Positions 26,552 to 35,342 of a DNA stretch of 62,405 bases are shown one piece after another. The stretch lies in the NCBI GenBank assembly GCA_045631165.1, contig JAZQUF010000182.1:1-62405 (forward strand), written 5' to 3'. The DNA comes from Acutalibacteraceae bacterium. Lineage in GTDB: Bacteria > Bacillota > Clostridia > Oscillospirales > Acutalibacteraceae. The first letter of the stretch is position 1. Each line of letters opens with the position of its first letter. The notes beneath the pieces were generated by a model, which was not told where the DNA came from, ran no database searches, and saw nothing but the letters and a program-made list of their open reading frames with translations. Both the position numbers and the translations under genes were made by a program.

Positions 26552-27460
26552 ATGTGGGAAAAAATAGTGGCATTTTTTATGACTGTTATTGCATTTTTTA
26601 CCGGGCTTTTCGGCATTGAAAATAAAGATTATGTGTTTAAAAATCTTTCTTACGGTGATCATGAGAGGCAGATTATGGATTTGTATCTGCCTGAAAAAAG
26701 CGATGGTGAAGTAGGACTTATACTCTTTATTCACGGAGGTGCATGGATAGCAGGTGATAAAGACGGTTATAAAAAAGCATTGAAAACCGCTTGCAAGGAT
26801 TTGGGTTATGCTGCGGCGGCTATAAATTACAGATATCTTTCGGAAAAAGTGAGTCTGCATGATATTGCTGACGATATTGATCTTGCTCTTAAAAAGATCA
26901 AGGAAAAAGGTGCGGAAAAGGACATAAATATCAACAAGGTGCTTCTTACGGGCTCGTCGGCCGGCGGACATCTTTCGTTGTTCTATGCATATTCAAGAAA
27001 AGATACTGCACCGATTACTCCGGCGGCCGTTGTAAGTAACTGCGGTCCTGCAGATCTGACAGACGATAACTATTATTATAATTCCGATCTTGGTATGAAC
27101 AGTGAGCTTGGCGCATTTGAGGATATCGCTAAACTGTTTTCATATGCCTGCGGAGAAAAGTTTACTTATGAGACAAGGAACAGTGCCGAGGAAGCACTGC
27201 TTAAAGTTTCGCCTGTATATTATGTGAATTCAGGTACAGTTCCCACTGTTATTAACCACGGACAGAAGGATACCATTGTGCCGTTCAGCAATGCTGTTGC
27301 CCTTGCCTCGAAATTAGAGGAAAACGGAGTGTCTTATGATTTTAATGTATATCCGAACTCGGGACATGGCCTTGATAAGGATGAAGCTAATATTAAAATA
27401 GCTGATGAGTTGCTTTACGAGTATCTTTTCACATATCTTGGGAAAGAGTCAAAGGCTTAA
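26552..27460 (+). CDS. Alpha/beta hydrolase (esterase/lipase-like)
   Basis: HGGAW oxyanion motif, nucleophile elbow GSSAGG, C-terminal GHG. Confidence 0.75.
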   Translation: MWEKIVAFFMTVIAFFTGLFGIENKDYVFKNLSYGDHERQIMDLYLPEKSDGEVGLILFIHGGAWIAGDKDGYKKALKTACKDLGYAAAAINYRYLSEKVSLHDIADDIDLALKKIKEKGAEKDININKVLLTGSSAGGHLSLFYAYSRKDTAPITPAAVVSNCGPADLTDDNYYYNSDLGMNSELGAFEDIAKLFSYACGEKFTYETRNSAEEALLKVSPVYYVNSGTVPTVINHGQKDTIVPFSNAVALASKLEENGVSYDFNVYPNSGHGLDKDEANIKIADELLYEYLFTYLGKESKA

Positions 27461-27471
27461 TGATAAAGAGC

Positions 27472-27502
27472 AGCAGGCTGTCAATGACGGCCTGCTTTTT
27501 TT
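27472..27502 (+). terminator. Rho-independent terminator
   Basis: AGCAGGC / GCCTGCT stem followed by T7. Confidence 0.7.
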
Positions 27503-27527
27503 GTGGGATGGTGGTCTGCGGTGTCAG

Positions 27528-27606
27528 GCGGCTCCGTAAAATCGCAGAGCGATTTTCGTGAGTGCGGAGCACTCACGTGCCGGACGGAGTCCGGCGACGG
27601 AGCCGC
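27528..27606. repeat. Cloverleaf palindromic element, copy 1 (closing stem plus three perfect hairpins)
   Basis: GCGGCTCCG/CGGAGCCGC closes AAAATCGC-AGA-GCGATTTT, CGTGAGTGC-GGA-GCACTCACG and GCCGGAC-GGA-GTCCGGC. That is 33 bp with no mismatch in 79 nt. Confidence 0.85.
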
Positions 27607-27629
27607 TTAAGGCTGTTTCCTGCACTAGC

Positions 27630-28121
27630 TTAAATGGGAAGCAGATAAAACTCTGCAAGATTATTCCACGTCACTTTATCCACCTGACCGCTTTCTGTGT
27701 GTGATATGACTCGTTGCCAGCGACTGACTTCTCTTTCGGTATTTTCGTCAAAAAGAGACTGAAGAGGTAGCGGTGTGAAATTATCATAGCGAGCTGCGAC
27801 ATTGTTCAGCATAAGATGTAAGGTATAAACCAGAGTATTATCCATACCTATTGTCAGAGGTAAATCCTCATTTGTTATTCTTACTATCTGTAAAGGCTCC
27901 GAGGCTTCAAAAACAGCCTCGGAGTTTTTTCTTTTTATACTTTCCCAGGTTTCGAAATTTACTACACCGGTTTCTGCCAAAGAGTATTTTTTCTGAAAGC
28001 TTTTGACGGCGGCGGTGGTTTCTTCTGCAAAAATGCCGTCGGGAACCACCCGAGAAATATCGTTGTCAAGTCTGCTTATATTGCGAAGATAGCTTTGCAC
28101 TTCAAAAACTGCGTCATCCAT
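27630..28121 (-). CDS. Peptidoglycan-binding (PG_binding_1-like) domain protein
   Basis: Two repeats of the ..AVKSFQKKYSL..TGVV...TW..I pattern. Last gene of a tightly packed three-gene unit. Confidence 0.6.
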   Translation of the reverse strand: MDDAVFEVQSYLRNISRLDNDISRVVPDGIFAEETTAAVKSFQKKYSLAETGVVNFETWESIKRKNSEAVFEASEPLQIVRITNEDLPLTIGMDNTLVYTLHLMLNNVAARYDNFTPLPLQSLFDENTEREVSRWQRVISHTESGQVDKVTWNNLAEFYLLPI

Positions 28122-28124
28122 AGT

Positions 28125-29531
28125 TTATGCCTCCTTCAATTCTCTGCCGGGAAATTGACCGGGAAGTCTTTGTTGTCCGAGTCTCAGTGTTCGGTAAACA
28201 TCGGCAATGGTGTTCCAGGTTGTTTCGTCTACCTGACCTGTCTGCGGAAGCTCGAATATGCGCTGAAACTCTTTTACGGCATTTTGTGTGCGCAGGTCAA
28301 AGATATTATTTACAGCCAAAGGCTGAGATTCGAAAAAAACTTTTCCGATATATGCCAGATATTCTTTGAATATACGTACACTTGGTCCTACATCACCACG
28401 CTTGAGTATCACACCCGGGTAAGGTTCTGTGGGCACATCAAGAAGCTGGTTTTCTTCATCAAGATAGTCAACAACACCCTTATATGCGCTGTAGAGACTT
28501 TCCCATGTTGTTTCGTCAACTTCTCCGGTTACGGGTAAGCCCTTGTATCGTTGGAAGGCTGAAACAGCGTTTGCGGTTCCACTGCCGTAAATTCCGTCGA
28601 TGGCGATATCCGGAATGAAATTGACAAACCTGCCAAGCAGTGTTAAAAAGTACTGGACAGTAACAACTGCTCCGCCTGTATCGCCGGTGCGCAATGCTCC
28701 CTTGAACTGCTTCGGGATGTTTTCGTAGCCTATGCCCTCTGAGTCAAGCTCGGCAAGCTTTGTTACAGAGTCGTATATATATACTATTTTATACCAGGTA
28801 GCTTTGCCGATGATACCGTCCCTGGTGAGGGAGAAAATTTGCTGAAAGGATTTGACGGCATTTTCGGTATTTTCATCAAATGCTCCGTTGATTACAGCAA
28901 TTTTTGGTATTGACGGATAGTTTCCTGATATTCTGTTGAGATAAATCTGCATACGGCGTACGCTTTCGTTGAGATCACCTTTTTTCAGAGGTGTGCCGGG
29001 GTAGGAGGGAATGTTTTCGGCAATGGGCGCGTCAACAACAATTTCGATATCGTCACCGTAATAGTATTCGAGTATATCAACGTCCGTATATCCCTGATTG
29101 GCAAGGGTCTGAGAGCCCCATTGTGAAAGTCCGTTGCAGGTGACAGTGGTGCCGTTGCAGTATTGGGCAAAAAATGGATTGACGGTGCCTTGTTTGCGAA
29201 GATAGTCGTTGAATAGCTCGTCAACAATCTGGCTGATGTTTTCATATATGTTTCTGCCATTGATGAACTTCTGATCGTAAAAAGTATCGTTGGTAATGTC
29301 GTAGTCGTATCCTCGCGCAGTGTACCATTCGGTGTATATTCTATTGAGAGCAAAGGAAACCTGAGCAAAAATATTTGCTCTTAGTGCAGCTTCATCCCAG
29401 GTAGAAAAGATTTCTGAGGATGCGACATTTTTGATATAGTCTGCAAAGGGTACAGTGACTGTAGGGGCATTGCTGCCCGGTGAATCCAAATGCACCCTGA
29501 TATTAGTAGGAATCTGAGGAATTACAGCCAT
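28125..29531 (-). CDS. Cell-wall protein: SpoIID/LytB-like N-terminal domain plus three PG_binding_1 repeats
   Basis: N-terminus DYIKNVASSEI..W.EAALRANIFAQVSFALNR..DITNDTFYDQKF resembles SpoIID. Three repeats of V..(L/F)Q..L....G..DG.(F/Y)G..T..AV..FQ. Confidence 0.55.
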   Translation of the reverse strand: MAVIPQIPTNIRVHLDSPGSNAPTVTVPFADYIKNVASSEIFSTWDEAALRANIFAQVSFALNRIYTEWYTARGYDYDITNDTFYDQKFINGRNIYENISQIVDELFNDYLRKQGTVNPFFAQYCNGTTVTCNGLSQWGSQTLANQGYTDVDILEYYYGDDIEIVVDAPIAENIPSYPGTPLKKGDLNESVRRMQIYLNRISGNYPSIPKIAVINGAFDENTENAVKSFQQIFSLTRDGIIGKATWYKIVYIYDSVTKLAELDSEGIGYENIPKQFKGALRTGDTGGAVVTVQYFLTLLGRFVNFIPDIAIDGIYGSGTANAVSAFQRYKGLPVTGEVDETTWESLYSAYKGVVDYLDEENQLLDVPTEPYPGVILKRGDVGPSVRIFKEYLAYIGKVFFESQPLAVNNIFDLRTQNAVKEFQRIFELPQTGQVDETTWNTIADVYRTLRLGQQRLPGQFPGRELKEA

Positions 29532-30125
29532 TTAATCAATCCTTTCTGAAAGGGGAGTCAGCTCTGCGTTCAAAAGTATATCTGAGCCGCCTACAGCTGA
29601 GACCAAGAGCTTCCTGGCTTCGTAAAATCCGTCAGCGGCGATGTCGGCAGAGTAGTTGACAGACTGTTTTGTATTTTCAGGTATTAAAGAGTTCAGCTCG
29701 GGATAGGATTCAAGCCGTATTCTTTTTGTTTTGCCGTTTTCATCTGTAATCAGGAAAGCATAGAGCTTGCCGTCCAGATAAACGGATATCTTAGCATTAG
29801 CTACAGGATAAGCCTGGTTGCCTGTAAAAACATTCGCGGAAAAGAATGCAAAATTTTCGGGATTGCCTGAAGGTGTTTCCTCTGAATAGGAGGCTTTCGG
29901 ATTTTTAACCTCTTCGGAGGCTAAGGCAGGGCCCTGAGGTGTAGTCTCGGAAACAGTGGTTTCTTCGGCTTCAAGCGTGGAATCTGATATCGGTTCAACC
30001 GTTTCCTCGGGCAGTGACACTGTAGCTTCTTTTTCTGTTGTAATGCCCAATTGCGACCACTTTTCCTTAAGCTTTATCAGGTCGTCGGTATATTCACTTA
30101 TGAGTTCGTCGAGTTCTTTGTCCAT
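29532..30125 (-). CDS. Hypothetical protein (acidic N-terminal region, beta-rich C-terminal domain)
   Basis: Start set at MDKELDELI (30125). Stop abuts the next start (29531/29532). No confident motif. Confidence 0.5.
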   Translation of the reverse strand: MDKELDELISEYTDDLIKLKEKWSQLGITTEKEATVSLPEETVEPISDSTLEAEETTVSETTPQGPALASEEVKNPKASYSEETPSGNPENFAFFSANVFTGNQAYPVANAKISVYLDGKLYAFLITDENGKTKRIRLESYPELNSLIPENTKQSVNYSADIAADGFYEARKLLVSAVGGSDILLNAELTPLSERID

Positions 30126-30262
30126 AAAAAATCTCCTGTTACAGTTATTTCCATAATATGTATATTCATCGGATTCGAAAAAATACACAGAGAGAAAGTA
30201 TTGTGTAAAATTAAAACTACTGATACATAATAGAGTCATAATATAAAAAAGGGAGATATAAT

Positions 30263-31213
30263 ATGTGCACAGCAGTAAGCTTCAAGACAAAAGACAGCTA
30301 TTTCGGACGGAATTTAGATCTTGAAAAATCCTATAATGAATGTGTTGCAATCACACCGAGAAACTACAGATTGCCTATGCGTACCCTGCCGGCTCTTGAA
30401 CACCATTATGCCATGATAGGTATTGCAACGGTAGTGGAGGGGTATCCTCTTTATTTTGAAGCAACAAATGAAATGGGGCTCAGTATGGCGGGACTTAACT
30501 TTCCTGATAATGCAGACTATAAGGCTTATGATGAAAGCAAGGAAAATGTTACACCCTTTGAGTTTATACCTTACGTTCTGGGTAAGTGTAAGGATGTTGC
30601 TCAGGCGAAAAATATTCTGGGTGGCATCAATCTTGTGAAAATAAATTTCAGTGATGATTTGCCATTATCACCGCTTCACTGGATAATAAGCGACAGGGAT
30701 AAGTCTATAGTTGTAGAAAGTGTAAAAGAAGGACTGAAGATATATGACAACCCATACGGAGTGCTGACAAATAATCCCACCTTTGATTATCACCTGATGA
30801 ATATCAATAACTATATGGGATTGCACGAGGACTTTGCCGAAAACAGACTTTCCCAAAAGAGAGATTTCAACAACTATAGTCTCGGTATGGGTGCTATCGG
30901 TCTGCCCGGTGACTATTCATCAGCGTCTAGGTTTGTCAGAGCTGTTTTTATAAAAGAAAAATCACCCTCATTTGAGAGTGAGACAGAAAGCGTGAGCCAG
31001 TTTTTTCATATACTTAGCGGTGTGGCAATGCCTAAGGGATGTGTGATGACGAGAGATGGTGAATTTGAATATACGAGATATTCAAGCTGCTGTAATGCTG
31101 ACAGAGGTATTTACTATTATACTACTTACGATAACAGTACAGTTACGGCAGTGGATATGCACCGATATGACCTTGACGGAAAAAGTGTTTTTAAGACTGA
31201 ACTTGTGATGTGA
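30263..31213 (+). CDS. Choloylglycine hydrolase family (bile-salt hydrolase/penicillin V acylase-like Ntn hydrolase)
   Basis: N-terminal MCTAVSF with nucleophile Cys2. Motifs FGRNLD and NNPTFDYH. About 316 aa. Confidence 0.8.
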   Translation: MCTAVSFKTKDSYFGRNLDLEKSYNECVAITPRNYRLPMRTLPALEHHYAMIGIATVVEGYPLYFEATNEMGLSMAGLNFPDNADYKAYDESKENVTPFEFIPYVLGKCKDVAQAKNILGGINLVKINFSDDLPLSPLHWIISDRDKSIVVESVKEGLKIYDNPYGVLTNNPTFDYHLMNINNYMGLHEDFAENRLSQKRDFNNYSLGMGAIGLPGDYSSASRFVRAVFIKEKSPSFESETESVSQFFHILSGVAMPKGCVMTRDGEFEYTRYSSCCNADRGIYYYTTYDNSTVTAVDMHRYDLDGKSVFKTELVM

Positions 31214-31265
31214 GGTTGATTTTTTAACACGGAAATGATAAGATGTTAAAAAGGAAGTGGTATTT

Positions 31266-31907
31266 ATGAAGAACAAAAAGGTTGTTATATTACTTGGTGT
31301 CGTCTTTGTTGCGGCAGCGGCTGTTTTATTTATGATTTTAAACGGTGTTATTGTTCTGGACAGAAGTGGCGAAAGACTCTTCGAAAACGGTCTCAGGTGG
31401 AAGGGTAATGAGTATGTTGCCGTATCCGGTAAGTATAACGAGGGGAAAACTATTGCAAAAACAAATGACGGATTTGATATAAACGAAGTTGAGGGAGATG
31501 ACAGCCATAACTTTCTTGTTATGAGAAGCTTTCTTGATCAGTGGTTGGTTGTGAGAGACGGTTATAATATTCCTAAGTCGGGAAAAATTACCAAAGCATA
31601 TTGGTCTTATCAGTTTATAGAAGATGAAGAGTTTCTTGGTGCGATAGAAGAAATGATAACAAAGGTAAAGCCTGATTTTGAATATGACACCGACGGCAAA
31701 AAGATATATGAGTATACAGATAATCAGAATATGAAGGAGCTCTATATCGCATATGAAGGCTGTCCTGTTCCGACAATTTATCTCGGGTATATGGGTGTTA
31801 TAAACGGCAGTTTCTATCTCACAACAGGTATGGGATACGGCGATACGGTTTATTGCTATACTATACCTGAGGAGTATGCGGTAATATTTGAACAGTATCT
31901 CTCGTAA
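31266..31907 (+). CDS. Hypothetical membrane-anchored protein
   Basis: RBS AAGGAAG before ATG 31266. N-terminal TM VVILLGVVFVAAAAVLFMIL. Confidence 0.55.
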   Translation: MKNKKVVILLGVVFVAAAAVLFMILNGVIVLDRSGERLFENGLRWKGNEYVAVSGKYNEGKTIAKTNDGFDINEVEGDDSHNFLVMRSFLDQWLVVRDGYNIPKSGKITKAYWSYQFIEDEEFLGAIEEMITKVKPDFEYDTDGKKIYEYTDNQNMKELYIAYEGCPVPTIYLGYMGVINGSFYLTTGMGYGDTVYCYTIPEEYAVIFEQYLS

Positions 31908-31910
31908 TAA

Positions 31911-31941
31911 AAAGGTACACGATTGGAAATCGTGTACCTTT
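31911..31941. terminator. Bidirectional terminator
   Basis: AAAGGTACACGAT / ATCGTGTACCTTT 13-bp stem. Confidence 0.85.
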
Positions 31942-31950
31942 AGTTTGTTT

Positions 31951-33048
31951 TTATTTGAATAAATGACTTGATTTTACCATTATGGTGCTGTATAAGAACA
32001 GTACATCCTGATTGGTAAACTCGATATATCGGGACATCATTACGGGGTTGATGTATCTTGTATCAATCACAGTGATTTCGCCATAACCGCTCATAAGAAG
32101 CGGTGTGAGACTGCTGCCGAAGGAGTCTCGGAAAACAACAAGCTTTTTGTCGGCATTGCCCATAGGATTAGTTATCTTTATAAGTGAAACAGCACCTGAA
32201 AGATAGATGTCATAGTGGTCTATGGCCTCGAGTTTTTCGAGATTATAAATCGGTACAGTTTTATCGCTTTCATAGAGATATGCCTCGGATGAAACTATCT
32301 CCTCGTTTTCGAGATAAATGATTTCGTCGGGCTCAAGGTCAAGTGCTGACTGACCGTAATAAACTCCGTAAAAATCACCTGCAGACTTTTCTGTATAATC
32401 GGTGACAGCTTCCATACCGAATTGCTCACGGATGTAGTTTGCAATATCAATAATGCTTTCCTGCTTCCAGTGAGTGTCTGTGGTATAGTACTGTTCAATA
32501 GTGAGCTTGTCTTTGATTGTGATTTCCTCAAAGTCGCTGTTCAGACCTTTATTTATCTGTGAATACACATAGTCGTAATCGTAAGCCGGATAGCCGTTCT
32601 TTTCGGCAAGGAAATAGTTCTTATCGGGTACGATTGAATATAAAACCTTACAGTCTGAACCCTTGATGTAGTTTTCATAAAGAGAGTTTACTTTGCTGAC
32701 GAAAACTGAAATCTGCTCATCTGTTATACTGCCTGCATATTCACTTGCATAGCCGTCGGCGATGTAAATTTTGTTGTTATCCTTCTGATTGTAAACGTCA
32801 AATAAAACCTTTGCCTTGATTCTTCTGAAGGTATCTCTCAGAGGGAACTGATCGTTGACGTAGCTTTCAAACTCGGACATAAACTTACCGTTCATAAGAG
32901 TTTCGTAGGAAAGCTCGGGAAACTGCTGAAGCTTACGTCTTTCCCATTCGGAGATTTCACCGTCTTCCTTGGCTAAGAGCCAGAGTGAGGCGCCACCTAT
33001 GAGAAGACAAAAGACAAGGATAATTGAAATAAATTTTGCTTTTTTCAT
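31951..33048 (-). CDS. DHHW-family protein (AlgJ/AlgX-like partner of MBOAT)
   Basis: N-terminal TM anchor and TDTHW motif. Lies immediately downstream of the MBOAT gene. Confidence 0.7.
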   Translation of the reverse strand: MKKAKFISIILVFCLLIGGASLWLLAKEDGEISEWERRKLQQFPELSYETLMNGKFMSEFESYVNDQFPLRDTFRRIKAKVLFDVYNQKDNNKIYIADGYASEYAGSITDEQISVFVSKVNSLYENYIKGSDCKVLYSIVPDKNYFLAEKNGYPAYDYDYVYSQINKGLNSDFEEITIKDKLTIEQYYTTDTHWKQESIIDIANYIREQFGMEAVTDYTEKSAGDFYGVYYGQSALDLEPDEIIYLENEEIVSSEAYLYESDKTVPIYNLEKLEAIDHYDIYLSGAVSLIKITNPMGNADKKLVVFRDSFGSSLTPLLMSGYGEITVIDTRYINPVMMSRYIEFTNQDVLFLYSTIMVKSSHLFK

Positions 33049-33062
33049 TGTGGGTCACCTCC

Positions 33063-34454
33063 TCAGAATCTGAAATAAAGGAATGGGTTGAAGGAGCCGT
33101 CAACGAGATATGCAGTTGAAACAATGAGAATAACTGCAATGACAAGAGGTTCAAGGAGAGTGCTGATTTTTGTGCCTTCGATTTTCTTGCCGAGGTTTCT
33201 GAATAAGGGTGTTGCAGCAAGAAGTGAAACGACAAGCAGTACTGCATAGGAGCGAAGATTGTAAAGGGTATCGGCAGTGTACAGAGGAAGATCTGTGGCG
33301 CCGAACATTATCTTCAGATCTGAGAATGCCATTGTAAATGTATCTGCATTGAAAAGCACAAATGAGATGATAACAATGAACACTACATAAATGTGCTGTA
33401 CAAACGAGGGTGCCTTTTCAAGATGTTTCTTGAGGAAGAGCTTCTCGATGATGAGAAGTATGCCGAAATAAAGACCCCAGCTCATAAAAGTCCAGCCTGC
33501 ACCGTGCCAGAAGCCTGTGAGACACCAGACAACCATAATATTTAAAATCTGACGAAGAGGTTTTACTCTGTTGCCGCCAAGGGGGATGTAAACATAGTCT
33601 CTGAACCATGAACCGAGACTGATGTGCCATCTTCTCCAGAATTCTGTGATGCTTTTTGAAATATAGGGATAATTGAAGTTTTCGAGGAAACGGAATCCTA
33701 AAATTTTGCCCATACCTATTGCCATATCGCTGTAAGCTGAGAAGTCAAAATAAATCTGCAGTGAGAATGAAACTGCGTAAATCCAGCTGAAAAGAACGCT
33801 GGGCTCTGCTGATTCGCGATATGCAGCGCAAAGTCCGCCCAGAAGATTTGCTATGAGAACCTTTTTGCCAAGACCGAACACAAATCGTCTGATGCCGAGA
33901 GCAATATTCTCCATGCTGTGCTTACGGGTGTCAAGGTCTTCGGCTACAGTAGTGTATCTTACGATAGGGCCTGCAATAAGCTGAGGGAAAAGCACAACAT
34001 AGGTTGCAAGATTTATCCAGCTTTTCTGCACAGGTGTATCGCCTCTGTAAACGTCAACAACATAGCTCAGGGCCTGGAAGGTATAAAAGCTGATACCGAT
34101 AGGCAGTGCAAGCTTAAGAAGGGGAATATCGGCGCCTGTAAGACTGCCCACAGTGCCAAGAAAGAAATCTGCATACTTGAAAACTCCGAGGAATAAAAGC
34201 GGAACCGCTACTGAAATATACAGTAGCGGTTTTGCAAATCGGGTATCCCGTAGTTTTTCAGTAAGCAATCCCGCAAGGTAACAGAAGGTGATAGTTACAA
34301 GCATCAGTATTGTGTATTTTGGCTCGCCCCACCAATAGAAGGCGAGGGAGAAAATCAACAGAACTATGTTTTTTAACTTCTTCGGTACTATAAAGTACAC
34401 TGCCAGCACCGCCGGCAAAAATACATATAAAAACGGAATTGATGAAAAAACCAT
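33063..34454 (-). CDS. MBOAT-family O-acyltransferase (AlgI/DltB-like)
   Basis: Polytopic. Signature FWRRWHISLGSWFRDYVYIPLGG with the invariant His. Confidence 0.85.
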   Translation of the reverse strand: MVFSSIPFLYVFLPAVLAVYFIVPKKLKNIVLLIFSLAFYWWGEPKYTILMLVTITFCYLAGLLTEKLRDTRFAKPLLYISVAVPLLFLGVFKYADFFLGTVGSLTGADIPLLKLALPIGISFYTFQALSYVVDVYRGDTPVQKSWINLATYVVLFPQLIAGPIVRYTTVAEDLDTRKHSMENIALGIRRFVFGLGKKVLIANLLGGLCAAYRESAEPSVLFSWIYAVSFSLQIYFDFSAYSDMAIGMGKILGFRFLENFNYPYISKSITEFWRRWHISLGSWFRDYVYIPLGGNRVKPLRQILNIMVVWCLTGFWHGAGWTFMSWGLYFGILLIIEKLFLKKHLEKAPSFVQHIYVVFIVIISFVLFNADTFTMAFSDLKIMFGATDLPLYTADTLYNLRSYAVLLVVSLLAATPLFRNLGKKIEGTKISTLLEPLVIAVILIVSTAYLVDGSFNPFLYFRF

Positions 34455-34464
34455 AATTTAAATC

Positions 34465-35034
34465 TTATGCAGCAATGTCGCCCTCAAGAACAACTTCAAA
34501 GCCTTCGAGACCTGAAACTGTTGTCTTGAAGTAGTCCATAATGTCAGCAACGCCATAAGCTGTTACGATGTAGCTGCCTGACTTGAGAACAACGAACTTC
34601 TCGGGGAAGCCGCACATCCAACGTGCATTGTCGAGCTCAGCCTTGAAATCTGCAGCGAAAGCAGCAGCGTCAGCATCAGCAACAAGCTTGTAAGCAGCGC
34701 CTGTGAAGCTGTTAGCGTTCATAGCGTGCATAGCAGTAGCAGCGTCTTCGATGCTTGCAGCCTGAGTAGCGGGAAGCTTAGCTACAGAATTGAGTTCATC
34801 AGCGAGAGTATAGTCATACTTAGCGGGAGCTTCAAATGACATGTTAGCTTCGTCACCACCGGCAACGGGGAACTTGTTTTCTTCAGCATAAGCGCCAAAG
34901 ATAGTTGTGAGTACTTCTACTGCATCTGTGTATGCAGGACCTTCGTTTGCTTCGGGAGCTTTTTCACCGCCGCAAGCTGCGAAAGCTGCAACAACTACTA
35001 CAAGTGCGAGTACGATTGCGAGAATTTTTTTCAT
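34465..35034 (-). CDS. Hypothetical lipoprotein
   Basis: Start at MKKILAIVLALVVVVAAFAACGG (lipobox AACG). Ala-rich mature part. 10-nt gap to the MBOAT start. Confidence 0.6.
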   Translation of the reverse strand: MKKILAIVLALVVVVAAFAACGGEKAPEANEGPAYTDAVEVLTTIFGAYAEENKFPVAGGDEANMSFEAPAKYDYTLADELNSVAKLPATQAASIEDAATAMHAMNANSFTGAAYKLVADADAAAFAADFKAELDNARWMCGFPEKFVVLKSGSYIVTAYGVADIMDYFKTTVSGLEGFEVVLEGDIAA

Positions 35035-35252
35035 AGGGATGTTCCTCCTAAAAATATTATTGGTCCTCTGTGGGACATACATCGGTTTTATATCACAGTA
35101 TTGATACGTAACTAAGTACAATCTATTAACCAGTTGTTAATATCTCATATTTAGTTATTACAAAGATGTCATAATATATTCTGATAGGGATATAATGCGG
35201 AAAAACGCATAAATGAACAAAAAAACTTAATATTTTTCTATAGAATTCACAA

Positions 35253-35281
35253 TTGACATAGTGGCATAAATATTGTATAAT
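35253..35281 (+). promoter_or_regulatory. Consensus sigma-A promoter for the aminotransferase-aldolase pair
   Basis: TTGACA, 17-nt spacer, TATAAT. A small leader hairpin GGTGAGT AGT GACTCACC follows. Confidence 0.7.
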
Positions 35282-35342
35282 AAATGAGACTAGGTGAGTA
35301 GTGACTCACCAAACCGAATATTTTATTTAGGAGATGTAAAAC

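Noticed and set aside
27528-27606. Cloverleaf elements as tRNA, tmRNA or tRNA pseudogenes
   Set aside because: All three arms have 3-nt loops. There is no 7-nt anticodon loop, no GTTCRA T-loop, no D-loop GG and no discriminator/CCA. The arms abut without the tRNA 8-9 and 26 linkers.
34465-35121. Long forms of the lipoprotein ORF (34465..35121), of the hypothetical ORF 29532..30239, and of ORF 10923..12428
   Set aside because: In each case an internal ATG with a proper RBS gives a sensible N-terminus (lipobox signal peptide at 35034, MDKELDEL at 30125, MKKLYLD at 11013). The upstream extensions are low-complexity and lack an RBS.
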